DNA of 64,000 nucleotides from Candidatus Bathyarchaeota archaeon (GCA_963806645.1 CAWDYQ010000005.1:79778-143777); one strand, 5' to 3'; positions 19,758 to 29,151 are shown, counted from the stretch's first letter. Translations and numbers: made by a program. Notes: generated by a model not told the origin, from the letters alone.

Positions 19758-20321
19758 ATGTCAATAAAGTCACTATTATCGAAGTTAAAATTTTTTAATA
19801 GCGTACCTCAGTTAATATCCGTAGTTTTAGTCGCCTCTGCAGCAATAGTTTTAGTATGGATAGGCGGAATAATATGGAAAGACATTTCCTTCTGGAACAA
19901 AGATATTGGTACAATATTAACTGGTTCTAGAACTGGTGAAGCCATAAGTCTGGGAATCGGCATGACTGTAATCAACTACCTGTTGGTTGGTATATCACTG
20001 CTTATTGCTGGAGCAGTAGTGTTTCTAAGAAACCGTATTTTATCAATTACACCCGAACAGGTCATAGAGAAACAGGTTGTTCAAGTAAAAAATCAAGAAC
20101 CAGTTGCGCCAATTAAAGAACAAGTTCCTGTTGCAGTCAAATCTCCAATAAAAGTTGAAAATGCAATAGCTCAGGAAGAAAGGATTTTCTCAGGATGCCT
20201 TCACCATTTCGGGTATCTATCAAGTCGTCCAAGGGATTCTCCTATTCCTCAAGAATGCATTATATGTCAGCGATTAGGAGACTGTATGGTAGCAACTGTA
20301 TATGTCAAAAAAGCTAATTGA
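19758..20321 (+). CDS. membrane protein with a cytoplasmic C-terminal Cys/His module
   Basis: GAGGAG SD. Three hydrophobic helices, a Pro/Val/Lys-rich linker, then CLHHFGYLSSRPRDSPIPQECIICQRLGDCM (nt 20196-20288). The module matches ORF 1969..2322. Confidence 0.6.
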   Translation: MSIKSLLSKLKFFNSVPQLISVVLVASAAIVLVWIGGIIWKDISFWNKDIGTILTGSRTGEAISLGIGMTVINYLLVGISLLIAGAVVFLRNRILSITPEQVIEKQVVQVKNQEPVAPIKEQVPVAVKSPIKVENAIAQEERIFSGCLHHFGYLSSRPRDSPIPQECIICQRLGDCMVATVYVKKAN

Positions 20322-20398
20322 CAAAATATGTAGAACAATTGAAAAATAGCTACTGTATTTTCAGCTGCTTTTTTCCCTATATTTTTTAAGGTATCTAG

Positions 20399-21427
20399 TT
20401 AACCAGAGAATACTTTAGCTATTTCATAAAGGTCTAAGTCAACAGTCTTTCGTTTTCCGATTACGTCTTTTAATAAGACCGAGACAATCTTGTTTCCTTT
20501 AAGGGCAACCATTTTTCCGTATTGACTTTTATGGACCAGATCTATTGCTCCGATTCCATATCTAGTTGCCAGCACCCGATCGAAAGCTATTGGAGATCCT
20601 CCACGTTGAAGATGTCCAAGAACTACAACGCGTGTTTCAATTCCAGTGCATTTCTCGATTTCCTTTCCAATATAGTAACCTACGCCACCGAGTCTTGGAT
20701 GTCCAAATTCGTCCGAACCTGTTCCATAAACAATTTTTTCTGACCCTTTAGGTTTAGCTCCCTCAGCAACAACCACAAGACTGAACATCTTTCCTCGTTT
20801 CACTCTTTGTTCAATAAATTGACACACTTCTTTTAGGTCAAAGGGTTTTTCTGGAATCAAGACAACATCTGCACCTCCAGCGATTCCTGCTTCAAGGGCA
20901 ATCCAACCTGTATATCTACCCATTACTTCAAGAATCATTACCCTGTGATGAGCTTCAGCAGTAGTATGAAGCCTATCAATTGCTTCACATGCGATGTGAA
21001 CCGCAGTTTGGAAACCGAAGGTATAGTCAGTTAAACTCAAGTCGTTGTCAATGGTCTTGGGCACTCCAACGCAATTCAGGCCAAGTTCAGTCATTTTGTT
21101 TGCTACTCCTAGAGTATCATCTCCTCCTATGACAACAACCGCATCTATTCCATTCTGTTTAGTAATCTCTAGGACTTTTTGTGGTCCTCCTTCACGTTTG
21201 AACGGATTGGTTCTTGATGTTCCTAGAATTGATCCTCCGCGGGGAAGTAACCCTGAAATTGTTTTTAAATTGAGAGGTATGAATTTGTTTTCAACTAAGC
21301 CACGCCAGCCATCTTGTATTCCAATCATTTCATAACCGTAAATTAGGATACCTTTTCGCACTACTGCACGGATGACTGCATTAATCCCTGGGGCATCGCC
21401 GCCTCCACTTAGAACTCCAACCTTCAC
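20399..21427 (-). CDS. pfp: PfkA-family 6-phosphofructokinase with a PPi-dependent-type signature
   Basis: GGGDAPGINA, IGGDDT, GVPKTIDND and MGR motifs. GTG start at 21427 lies 9 nt after AAAGGAGG (the track TTG 21490 is less likely). Asp in GGDDT and Lys in PKTIDND are the residues associated with PPi use. Confidence 0.85.
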   Translation of the reverse strand: MKVGVLSGGGDAPGINAVIRAVVRKGILIYGYEMIGIQDGWRGLVENKFIPLNLKTISGLLPRGGSILGTSRTNPFKREGGPQKVLEITKQNGIDAVVVIGGDDTLGVANKMTELGLNCVGVPKTIDNDLSLTDYTFGFQTAVHIACEAIDRLHTTAEAHHRVMILEVMGRYTGWIALEAGIAGGADVVLIPEKPFDLKEVCQFIEQRVKRGKMFSLVVVAEGAKPKGSEKIVYGTGSDEFGHPRLGGVGYYIGKEIEKCTGIETRVVVLGHLQRGGSPIAFDRVLATRYGIGAIDLVHKSQYGKMVALKGNKIVSVLLKDVIGKRKTVDLDLYEIAKVFSG

Positions 21428-21654
21428 TGAATTTATCCTCCTTTTAAAGCGCTTTTTCGGAACTTCCAAAAACCAGCATTTTTTTCCCAAACGTATATTC
21501 TGTTAATATAGTGTTTTGTCATCCTTAAATCAATTAACTTTTTGCCAGTCTATGTTGGACTGATATTTTCTTTTAATCCTATTTTTAATGAATTTGGCAG
21601 AATTGTTAAGTATCATATTCATTATTCTCATAAAATCAAATTGAGGGTTCCCAC

Positions 21655-21861
21655 ATGAATAAGAACACATGTCCAAATATGGACGATAATTCAAAGAATT
21701 GTAAATGCAGTTATGTTTCTTGTAGTAAAAGAGGTAAATGCTGTGAATGCTTAAATTACCATCTTTCAAAAAAGGAGCTTCCTGCATGTGTATTTCCTTC
21801 GGAAATCGAAAAAACTTATGATCGGTCCATTGAACGGTTTGTTGAATTTCATTCTGGTTAA
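21655..21861 (+). CDS. small Cys-rich protein (DUF6485-like)
   Basis: Reads [31 protein letters not shown]... Preferred over the antisense track ORF 21530..21787. Confidence 0.5.
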   Translation: MNKNTCPNMDDNSKNCKCSYVSCSKRGKCCECLNYHLSKKELPACVFPSEIEKTYDRSIERFVEFHSG

Positions 21862-21896
21862 ATGAAATCGAAAAAGCTTAAAATTTTAAGAAAAGA

Positions 21897-22247
21897 ATGG
21901 ATTTACTGTTGGTGAAATTATTGGAGATATCTTTTGATGATTTTATGAAACTTGATATTCGTGTCGGTAAAGTTGAAGAGGCAACATTAATTCCTGGGTC
22001 AAGAAATCTGATGAAGTTAATTGTGGATTTCGGTTTCGAGAAGAGACAGTCTGTTGCTGGTTTACTAAAATATTATGATCCAGAAGAATTGGTGGGTAAA
22101 AAATTTGCTTTTATTCTTAATCTGCAAAGAAGAAAGCTCATGGGTATAGAATCTCAGTGTATGGCGTTAGCCGCAGAAGATGATGATGGTAACGTAGTTT
22201 TGATCTGTCCCGAAAAAGACATAGCTGTGGGAAGCAAAATACGGTAA
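21897..22247 (+). CDS. tRNA-binding domain protein (CsaA / Trbp111-like)
   Basis: FMKLDIRVGKVEEA...LMKLIVDFG...RQSVAGL...LVGKKFAFILNL...ESQCMALAA matches the OB-fold tRNA-binding domain pattern. Confidence 0.75.
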   Translation: MDLLLVKLLEISFDDFMKLDIRVGKVEEATLIPGSRNLMKLIVDFGFEKRQSVAGLLKYYDPEELVGKKFAFILNLQRRKLMGIESQCMALAAEDDDGNVVLICPEKDIAVGSKIR

Positions 22248-22255
22248 AACATGTT

Positions 22256-23110
22256 TCAAACTCTTCCAAAGATGAATGCTAACAGTCCGGTCAAAAACCA
22301 GATTAGGCTAAGCTTTTTTATTTTTTTAGCGTTTTTTCTGGAGTAATCTCGGAGAAGCATAACTGAGGAAACAATTAGACCAATATCTGTTAAAATAACT
22401 AACGGAAGGAACCAGTCAGAAACAAGTCTCCACATCCAAGGTACAGGACTAAGACCTACTGCAAAAAGAGAGAAAGATGCCGCCGCAACTGCCGCAGTTT
22501 TTTCTCCATAAGTGACTGCAATTGTTTTAATGTTATGACTTCGGTCTCCTTCAACGTCTACTATTCCTTTTGTTATTTCTCTTCCTGTGTTTGAAAGAAA
22601 TACTATAGCCACAAAAAGTAATGTAGACACCTCGATTTGTCCTAATGTTAAGCCTCCGTAAATAAATGGAATTGTCACAGAAGCGCTAACCAAAAAGTTT
22701 CCTGGAAGTCCAGTTCCCTTGCCTTTTGTAATATAAGCTATTGAAATAATTAATGCCATTACAGCAACAATAAAGCTTGGGATGTTAGTTGCGAATGCAG
22801 CGATGAATCCTGTTATACTTAATATTGAAGCAAAACTCAGAGCTTCTTTTGGGCTGACATCTCCTCGTGGAATTGGTCGGTTCGGCTCATTTATTGCGTC
22901 GATTTCTCGGTCATAATAATCGTTAATCACCATTGAAGCTGCGGTCAACGAAAAAGAAGTTAAAAAACCCAAGACAAGGTTGATGTTAAAGCTTAATGCT
23001 GAAACCAAAGAAGCTCCAACAATGACTGCAAAACCCATCATTATACAGTTCAGCGGTCTGATTATTTGCAGGTAACCCTTTAGTTTGCCCATTTTCGATT
23101 CAGCATCCAT
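22256..23110 (-). CDS. UbiA-family prenyltransferase, probable digeranylgeranylglyceryl phosphate synthase
   Basis: NDYYDREIDAINEPNRPIPRG Asp-rich motif, about 8 TM helices and a second Asp motif (VDVEGD). Size and pattern match archaeal DGGGP synthase. Confidence 0.8.
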   Translation of the reverse strand: MDAESKMGKLKGYLQIIRPLNCIMMGFAVIVGASLVSALSFNINLVLGFLTSFSLTAASMVINDYYDREIDAINEPNRPIPRGDVSPKEALSFASILSITGFIAAFATNIPSFIVAVMALIISIAYITKGKGTGLPGNFLVSASVTIPFIYGGLTLGQIEVSTLLFVAIVFLSNTGREITKGIVDVEGDRSHNIKTIAVTYGEKTAAVAAASFSLFAVGLSPVPWMWRLVSDWFLPLVILTDIGLIVSSVMLLRDYSRKNAKKIKKLSLIWFLTGLLAFIFGRV

Positions 23111-23300
23111 TCAAAATCAAGCATTTACTAATGTTTTCTATTGTAGACACAAGTTAAGATTATGACCTTTTTAGATTTATCTCTGTATTACAAAGTTTGA
23201 GATACATCGAGGATCAATCTGGTGTTGCTGAGCGTTTATTCATTTTCATGTATAAAAATGACTAACAAAAAATGTGTGTAAACTGGTTTTTTGATAGTAT

Positions 23301-23317
23301 AAAAAGAAAAAAGGGGG
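23301..23317 (-). terminator. oligo-T signal after the roadblock gene
   Basis: The minus strand reads TTCCCCCTTTTTTCTTTTT about 30 nt after the stop at 23347. Confidence 0.4.
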
Positions 23318-23346
23318 AAAAAATTCTTTTAAAGAAAAAAGAAAGT

Positions 23347-23677
23347 TTAGGTGAGTTCTTTGTAGATTTTTTCATGATTTACGTTTTTTTCCATGAAGAG
23401 GCTAAGACGTTGGTCATCTATGTTCATTGAAAGGAGTTTGGTTTCTTCGCTTTCGAGAAGTATTGTTTGAAGTTCTCCCATCTGTAGATCTTCTGAAATG
23501 TCTAGACCCACATCAAAAGCTGTGGAAGATAACATGGCGTATTCGATTATCTTTTTTGGGTCCTTCAAATCGATTGATGCAGATTTTTCATCTCTTAAAA
23601 TGTATCCTATTATTCCTTCTTGCTCTTTGATTTCTTGTAGTTTTTCTTGCAGGTTTTTCAGTTTTATTTTCTGTCAT
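23347..23677 (-). CDS. roadblock/LC7 (MglB-like) domain protein, frame break near its start
   Basis: The track ORF starts at an internal TTG. The upstream same-frame sequence LKNLQEKLQEIKEQEGIIGYILRDEKSASIDL is the typical roadblock N-terminus. GAGGAAG plus ATG at 23677 (MTENKTEK) is one base out of frame. Confidence 0.6.
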
Positions 23678-23690
23678 ATTTCTTCCTCTT

Positions 23691-24423
23691 TTAAATTGGT
23701 TGGACCTTCACCAGGTCTCCTTTGTTGATTTCTAGACTCTTGCAGAGCTTTTCTGGTATTCTGATTATGTTTTTTCCTTTAAGTTTCTGATCATCAATCT
23801 CTTTTACTTTACAAAGTGTGGAATTTCCGTCTATTGTTTCAATTTTAACGTTTTCAACTGGTTCTTGCACAATTTTTTCTCCGGTTAACGCTGCTCGTAC
23901 ACGAGCTTCGGGGGTCGTCATTAGTGTTCCATGCTGTTAGTATTTCTGTATCAATTTGGACCGAATCGCCAGCGAAGAATCCGCTAAGTGTGTCAACTTG
24001 TAGTTCTTTGTGTTGTGTTTCTTTTTGTGGCGGTGATGCAGGTTGGAGGTGTGTAGGAGTAAAAGCCTCCAATGTTTTGAGAATTGTTGGAAGTATGATG
24101 TTTGTTATTGAGTGAATTTGATTGTTATCCATGTTTTTGGATGTTTTCAAAACAAGATTCATGTCTTCAATTTTAACTAGCATTAATTTTCCGTTTTTTC
24201 CATCAAGTTGAAAACTTTTGATATTTCCAATTGCTTTCGAGTTCTCTTTTATGGTTTCAAAAGATTCTAGGATATTGTTCATTGTTTCTTGGTCGGTTTC
24301 TGTGTCTGCAGCAATTATGTTTGATTCATTTGTAAAAATAAAAGAGTGGTGGATTTCAGGGTACGCTTTCTTGATTTCTTTCAGAGCATTATTTAAGGCA
24401 ATAGCGTAGAGGTCCCTGTTCAT
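23691..24423 (-). CDS. roadblock/LC7-like domain protein, probably fused to a C-terminal AbrB/SpoVT-like domain (two overlapping ORFs)
   Basis: The 189-aa ORF has a roadblock-like pattern (HHSFIFTNESNIIAADTETD...KSFQLDGKNGKLMLVKIEDMNLVL). The 76-aa ORF 23691..23921 ends IIRIPEKLCKSLEINKGDLVKVQPI, which is AbrB/SpoVT-like. The ORFs overlap by 68 nt around a CCCCC run, so this is either a frame break or a genuine overlap. Confidence 0.55.
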
Positions 24424-24445
24424 AGCTTTTCACATCCTGCCCGAT

Positions 24446-24871
24446 CTAAGAGATCTTGAGCAGAATACGCTCCGGAACCCCATCACTTTCCAGCACTATG
24501 TACTTTAGACCTTCAGTGTCGCCTATTTGGTCCACCCAGTTAAGTGCCTCGCGGGCTTTTTGGAGTACCAATAGTCGATCTTGTTGGCTGCGAACTACCT
24601 GTTCAATAGCGGTTAGTTCATGGAATGGGTTAGCATCTAGTATTACGCTAAGATCGCCGACTGTTATCTCTCCGAGGCTGTTTTGCGCTGATTTTTTGCC
24701 AGCGAGTTTGAAGACTACTTCACGTATCTTCTTTGATCTCTCGGCTAGATTACGTATCGAGTCGAGCCTGCGTAGGTATTCACCTAGTATACTCTTTGTT
24801 CTGGATATATCATTGTCCATTGCCTTTGCTATTTCTATCGCGGATTCATATTCTTTTAATTCTACTACCAT
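24446..24871 (-). CDS. hypothetical helical / coiled-coil protein
   Basis: 141-aa track ORF with GGAGGTG SD. The N-terminal half is helical and Arg/Lys/Glu-rich. No family recognised. Confidence 0.6.
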   Translation of the reverse strand: MVVELKEYESAIEIAKAMDNDISRTKSILGEYLRRLDSIRNLAERSKKIREVVFKLAGKKSAQNSLGEITVGDLSVILDANPFHELTAIEQVVRSQQDRLLVLQKAREALNWVDQIGDTEGLKYIVLESDGVPERILLKIS

Positions 24872-24953
24872 ATTTACACCTCCAAATATATGGTGAAAGA
24901 GGGAAGGATTTCTCTCCCCTCAATCTCTTGTTGAAAGTTTCTTTTTTAAAGTT

Positions 24954-25379
24954 CTAAGCTGTGTCTGTGTATGAGCCGATCATTGTACCGTCGTTTGCAA
25001 ACAAGCTTATTGCGTATTTGTTTCCTGCGATCGACATCGTGTAAGTGATTATCATAGATCACTGGCGATCACCTGCAGCGATATGTGAACATGGATTCCG
25101 CTACAGTAGTTATTGTATCACCGTTGACTCTTACTTGAGTAACAGTTGCTTCGCTTGTTCCTGAGTTAGTAACGGTAACGTTGATAGTTATCAGTTGACG
25201 CAGTTGCCTGGTGTAAATGCCATTTCTGTGACTGTTAGTTCGGTTGTTTCCATGAATCCGATGGTTAATGAGCCCATCCATGCTGCGACTGCGATGGAGA
25301 CTGCTACTGTTACTGCGATGAGTATGATGGCTGCGACTACTGGGCTTAGAGCTTTTTTACTCTTTAGGAGTTTTCTCAT
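24954..25379 (-). CDS. archaeal type IV pilin-like protein (class III signal peptide), multiply frame-disrupted
   Basis: AAGGAGGG SD. MRKLLKSKKALSPVVAAIILIAVTVAVSIAVAAWM is a prepilin-type signal (KKA/LSPV). It continues in another frame (ITINVTVTNSGTSEATVTQVRVNGDTITTVAES) and returns to the first frame (MIITYTMSIAGNKYAISLFANDGTMIGSYTDTA*). Confidence 0.65.
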
Positions 25380-25509
25380 TTTTTGTTCTTTCCCTCCTTA
25401 TGAGTTCACAAGTGGACTACGCAATAATTAGATTTAAGTCTTACGACTTAATACAACATATTTTAAAAGACTAAATAACAAAATGAAAAAACAACGAGCA
25501 ACTAATGAC

Positions 25510-25872
25510 CTATTCTAGGCCATCAAACAAATTCAAGAGGAGATCCGCTATCTTGTCGCCTAACTCAGTTATTACGTAATACTTCTTCAAAGGATCAATA
25601 GGTACACTCTTAGCTAAACCTAAAAGCTCCATCTCCATCATCCTGGACCGAAAAGTACCATCACTGAGCGTAAGACCCAAATCGTGCATAAACGCTTTAG
25701 CATTCTTCCATCTTCCATTTCCAAGCTTTAACAGAAAAATACAGTCAATAGCATGGTCCTTCTCTAGCACTGCCTTGATTCCAGAAAGCTTTTCGTTAGT
25801 AAGGATCCTCTTTATCTTTTCTTCTGCCAACCGTATTCCCAACCGTTTTCTTAAACAATTATTATCTTTCAA
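25510..25872 (-). CDS. winged-helix DNA-binding protein
   Basis: 120 aa. ...IFLLKLGNGRWKNAKAFMHDLGLTLSDGTFRSRMMEMELLGLAKSVPIDPLKKYYVITELG is wHTH-like (recognition helix plus wing). Confidence 0.55.
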   Translation of the reverse strand: MKDNNCLRKRLGIRLAEEKIKRILTNEKLSGIKAVLEKDHAIDCIFLLKLGNGRWKNAKAFMHDLGLTLSDGTFRSRMMEMELLGLAKSVPIDPLKKYYVITELGDKIADLLLNLFDGLE

Positions 25873-26181
25873 CTATTTAGCATTTAACTCTATATTACGA
25901 TTTTTGACATAATTCTGGTTACACATTCAATAAATCTCATGACACCATTCTCTCCAAAAATAAACCACATAATTACAAAAAAAGGCATTATTTATTGAAA
26001 CAGAAGCTTGGAGGTGGGCTCACGCACTCTTGAAAGCAGTTACCCCAACTGTTTTGGGTCTTTACTTTTCTCAAGATCTCAATCACTCTTCAGAGGGGTC
26101 AAAATCGTCATCGCCCACCAAACAAGATTAAATGCCTCTCCACCATAAAAATATCACTACCTAAACAAAGTAGGGACAATA

Positions 26182-27165
26182 TTGCTAAAAAAGATCAAAG
26201 TAACACCCATAGCCGAAGAAAGCTTAGGCGTAAGATCAATGTGCACATACGTCGAAACCTCAGACGTTAAGATCCTTCTTGACGCTGGCGCATCATTAGC
26301 TCCCAAGAGATTAGGTTATCCTCCACATCCCAGAGAATATCAAGCCTTAGCAGAGTCCCGAAAAAGAATAAGTAAAACAGCAGAAAAAGCCGAAATCATA
26401 ACCATTAGCCACTATCACTTTGATCATCACACCCCATCGTTTACTGACTGGTTCACAAACTGGTCCTCAGCAGAAACAGCAAAAAAAATCTATGAAGACA
26501 AGATTGTGCTCGCTAAAAGTTACCGATCAATGGTTAACGCCAGTCAAAGACGACGAGGATGGATGTTCAAAAAAACCGGAGGCAGCTACGCCAAAAAGTT
26601 GGAAACCGCTGACAGTACCTCATTCACATTTCGGAGACACAAAACTACAATTTTCTGATCCTGTCTTTCATGGAACTGAAAACTCGGACTTAGGATGGGT
26701 ATTAATGACAACCATTGAACATGAAGACGAAAAGGTTCTTTTCACATCTGACATTCAAGGACCCATACAAGTATCCACATTAAATAAAATCTTAGCTCAA
26801 CAACCTCAACTAGTCATCGTCGGGGGACCCCCAACATATCTTAGCCGGACTCAGAATAAACTGAAGAAGAAATAGAACAGGGAATGCAAAATCTGAAATG
26901 GTTAGTTGAAAATATTCCCTTAACCATCATAGAGCATCATCCATTTAGAGACGAAAACTGGAAAAAACTCTTCCAGCCCATATTCGATTCAGCTACAGAA
27001 GCAGGCAATAAAATACTTACAGCAGCTGAATTTGCAGGCGAAAAAAATAATTTCCTAGAGTTTCGTAGGAAAGAACTCTATGAAATAGAACCTCCAAGTC
27101 TTGAATTTGAAAAATGGATAAAATTGCCGGTGCTAAAAAGAAAACTTACACCGCCACCTATTTAG
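26182..27165 (+). CDS. metallo-beta-lactamase-fold protein (archaeal UPF0282-like), split in three ORFs
   Basis: KVTPIAEESLGVRSMCTYVETSDVKILLDAGASLAPKRLGYPPHPREY...SHYHFDHH. The text continues across frames (…FTF/GDTKLQFSDPVFHGTE...GGPPTYL.../EEIEQGMQNLKWLVE...). There is an apparent extra C near 26632 and a shift in a purine run near 26865. Confidence 0.7.
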
Positions 27166-27172
27166 ATTAAGT

Positions 27173-27385
27173 TTAATCGTTGTGCTGTTTAACAATCATT
27201 CTGCGAAACTGTTTAGCATATTGATAATCGGACTTGAGAAGCTTTAGTTCATTTGCTTCTTTCTCAAGCTTTTCAATTTTTTTTCTGATTTCCTGAATTT
27301 TTGCGCTCATCTTGAACTCCAGCGCATCATTCATCTTTTTTGATAAAAAGCGGTTATGAAGAGGAAATATGTACTCTGAATTCAT
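27173..27385 (-). CDS. small coiled-coil protein
   Basis: 70-aa track ORF with heptad-like KIQEIRKKIEKLEKEANELKLLK. Confidence 0.4.
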   Translation of the reverse strand: MNSEYIFPLHNRFLSKKMNDALEFKMSAKIQEIRKKIEKLEKEANELKLLKSDYQYAKQFRRMIVKQHND

Positions 27386-27432
27386 AATTACTATAAATAA
27401 AAAAAATCAATACCAAAGACTCGGAGATAGAT

Positions 27433-27546
27433 ATGGTTGCATGTCCCAACTGCAAAAACAATATCGTTTCAGGACAATCCAGTCATGAAGGTAATTTTTG
27501 CCACTGCAGAAAATGTGGGACAATAATTTATCAACCCAAACATTAA
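27433..27546 (+). CDS. 37-aa zinc-ribbon protein
   Basis: Below the track cutoff. Reads MVACPNCKNNIVSGQSSHEGNFCHCRKCGTIIYQPKH*. Its stop lies 16 nt before the next gene, whose SD (AAGAGGTGA) follows. Confidence 0.4.
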   Translation: MVACPNCKNNIVSGQSSHEGNFCHCRKCGTIIYQPKH

Positions 27547-27562
27547 GAGGTGAAAAACGAAA

Positions 27563-27862
27563 ATGGAAGATTTACTTGCACCAATATTGTTTGTGCTTCT
27601 AATCGGAGGAGTATCTGGCTACTTTATAGGACAATTAGTAAAACGAGTATCAGGAATGGCAATAACCATAGCCATCGTAGCAGTCATTCTAATAATTTTA
27701 GCATATGCTGGCACTGTTCAAGTTAACTTCGATTCAATAACTGCAAGCATAACCAACTTCGTTAGCCTTCTAGCCCCACTAGGAATCATAGCTTTAGTTT
27801 CTAGCGTTCCTTTCGTAGCAAGCTTCATTGCTGGTTTATTCATAGGCTTTAGAAGGAACTAA
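27563..27862 (+). CDS. small membrane protein (3 TM)
   Basis: Track ORF with GAGGTGA SD. Hydrophobic throughout. Confidence 0.55.
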   Translation: MEDLLAPILFVLLIGGVSGYFIGQLVKRVSGMAITIAIVAVILIILAYAGTVQVNFDSITASITNFVSLLAPLGIIALVSSVPFVASFIAGLFIGFRRN

Positions 27863-27870
27863 AATCCCCT

Positions 27871-29151
27871 TTACCGTTTAACATAACGGACCAATCGTGG
27901 CATTAATTCAGTTCCTTTAACTAAAACTCCCAACTCTCCCATTTTGCAGTCTTTTTCAGAAAATTTCTTAACCTTATCACCTTTCAACTTATTACCTGCA
28001 ATTAAAACTGGCACCGGATCATCGCTATGTGCCTTTAACTTGCATGGTGTTGAATGATCAGCTGTTATGCAGACTATATGTTCTTCCAGATTAATTTGCT
28101 GGAGCATACTTCCAACAAAATGTTTGTCAACTATGGAGGTTAACTCAGTTTTTAGGTTAAAGTCACCGTCATGACCAGGTTCATCTGGTCCCTTAATATG
28201 AACATAAAAACAGTCATAATGAGGCAGGGCTTCTAGGAGCCTTTTTACTCTGAGTTTGCAATCTTTCTCAAGATCTTTAGATGGAGGAGGAAGATCAACT
28301 AAACTCATTCCAGCCAGTTTAGATATTCCTCGCTCAACATTCATGTCTGCTAAACAAACAAAACTTAAACCATAAAGTTCGCTTAGCGAAGGAAACTTAG
28401 GGACACTACTGCCTGCATCTCTGCTGAGAATGACGTTAGCCTTCAATTTCCCGGCTTTAATACGCTTTTTGTTTACTTCATGTTTATCCAGAACAGATGT
28501 AGCTTTTAATGTGAACTCGTTTACCAAATTGGCTGAATTTTTTGCCTCTTCAGTTTCGTCAAGAGCATAACATGTTTTCATTACCATTTCAGCTTCAAGA
28601 TCTGCGACGCCTACACTGTTGATCCTCTTATATGCTGGATCCGTGTTACTAATATTGCCTGAAAGCTTCCCTTCTTTGCTTCGAATTACCAAAACCGCTC
28701 GGTAAGCATAGGTGCTTTTTATTTTTAATTCAACGGGATGGGTATCCAATTGAACTTCTTCATTGATTGCATGGGCTAGTTCATCCGCTTCTTTTTGGCT
28801 AAGATTTCTTCCAGCTCTTCTATCAAGGATAGACTTGTAGTCAACTCCCAACGTTCCAAAATTACACCGAAGAGCTAGATCCCCACTCTTCATTTCTAAT
28901 CCTGCACCAACACTTTCTAGGGCTCCTCTGCTAACATGGTACTTGAAGGGATCATAACCCAAGATAGAAACGACTGCGACATCACTTTCCGGTGCCATAC
29001 CTTTACCAACTGTATACATTAACCCGGTCTTTCCGGCGTTAGCAAGCGAATCCATGTACGGTGTCTCTGCAGCCTCAAGAGGAGTTTTACCGCCCAATTC
29101 TTCTATTGGACGATCGCCCATACCATCAATAACAACGTAGATTAGCTTCAT
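27871..29151 (-). CDS. apgM: 2,3-bisphosphoglycerate-independent phosphoglycerate mutase, archaeal type
   Basis: MKLIYVVIDGMGDRP...TPLEAAETPYMDSLA at the N-terminus and ...ITADHSTP... with 426 aa match the archaeal ApgM family. Confidence 0.9.
   Translation of the reverse strand: MKLIYVVIDGMGDRPIEELGGKTPLEAAETPYMDSLANAGKTGLMYTVGKGMAPESDVAVVSILGYDPFKYHVSRGALESVGAGLEMKSGDLALRCNFGTLGVDYKSILDRRAGRNLSQKEADELAHAINEEVQLDTHPVELKIKSTYAYRAVLVIRSKEGKLSGNISNTDPAYKRINSVGVADLEAEMVMKTCYALDETEEAKNSANLVNEFTLKATSVLDKHEVNKKRIKAGKLKANVILSRDAGSSVPKFPSLSELYGLSFVCLADMNVERGISKLAGMSLVDLPPPSKDLEKDCKLRVKRLLEALPHYDCFYVHIKGPDEPGHDGDFNLKTELTSIVDKHFVGSMLQQINLEEHIVCITADHSTPCKLKAHSDDPVPVLIAGNKLKGDKVKKFSEKDCKMGELGVLVKGTELMPRLVRYVKR

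Noticed and set aside
21530-21787. Track ORF 21530..21787(-), 85 aa.
   Set aside because: It overlaps the Cys-rich DUF6485-like ORF on the + strand, which has a recognisable motif. The minus ORF is Asn/Tyr/Ile-rich noise.
24456-24896. Long antisense or alternative-frame track ORFs inside confident genes: 24456..24896(+), 21045..21335(+), 51623..51931(+), 47823..48308(+), 31520..31816(-), 30929..31270(-), 14810..15040(+), 37556..37846(-).
   Set aside because: Each lies entirely within a gene with strong family motifs on the other strand or frame. Each has a Ser/Pro/Arg-rich or otherwise skewed composition typical of shadow ORFs.
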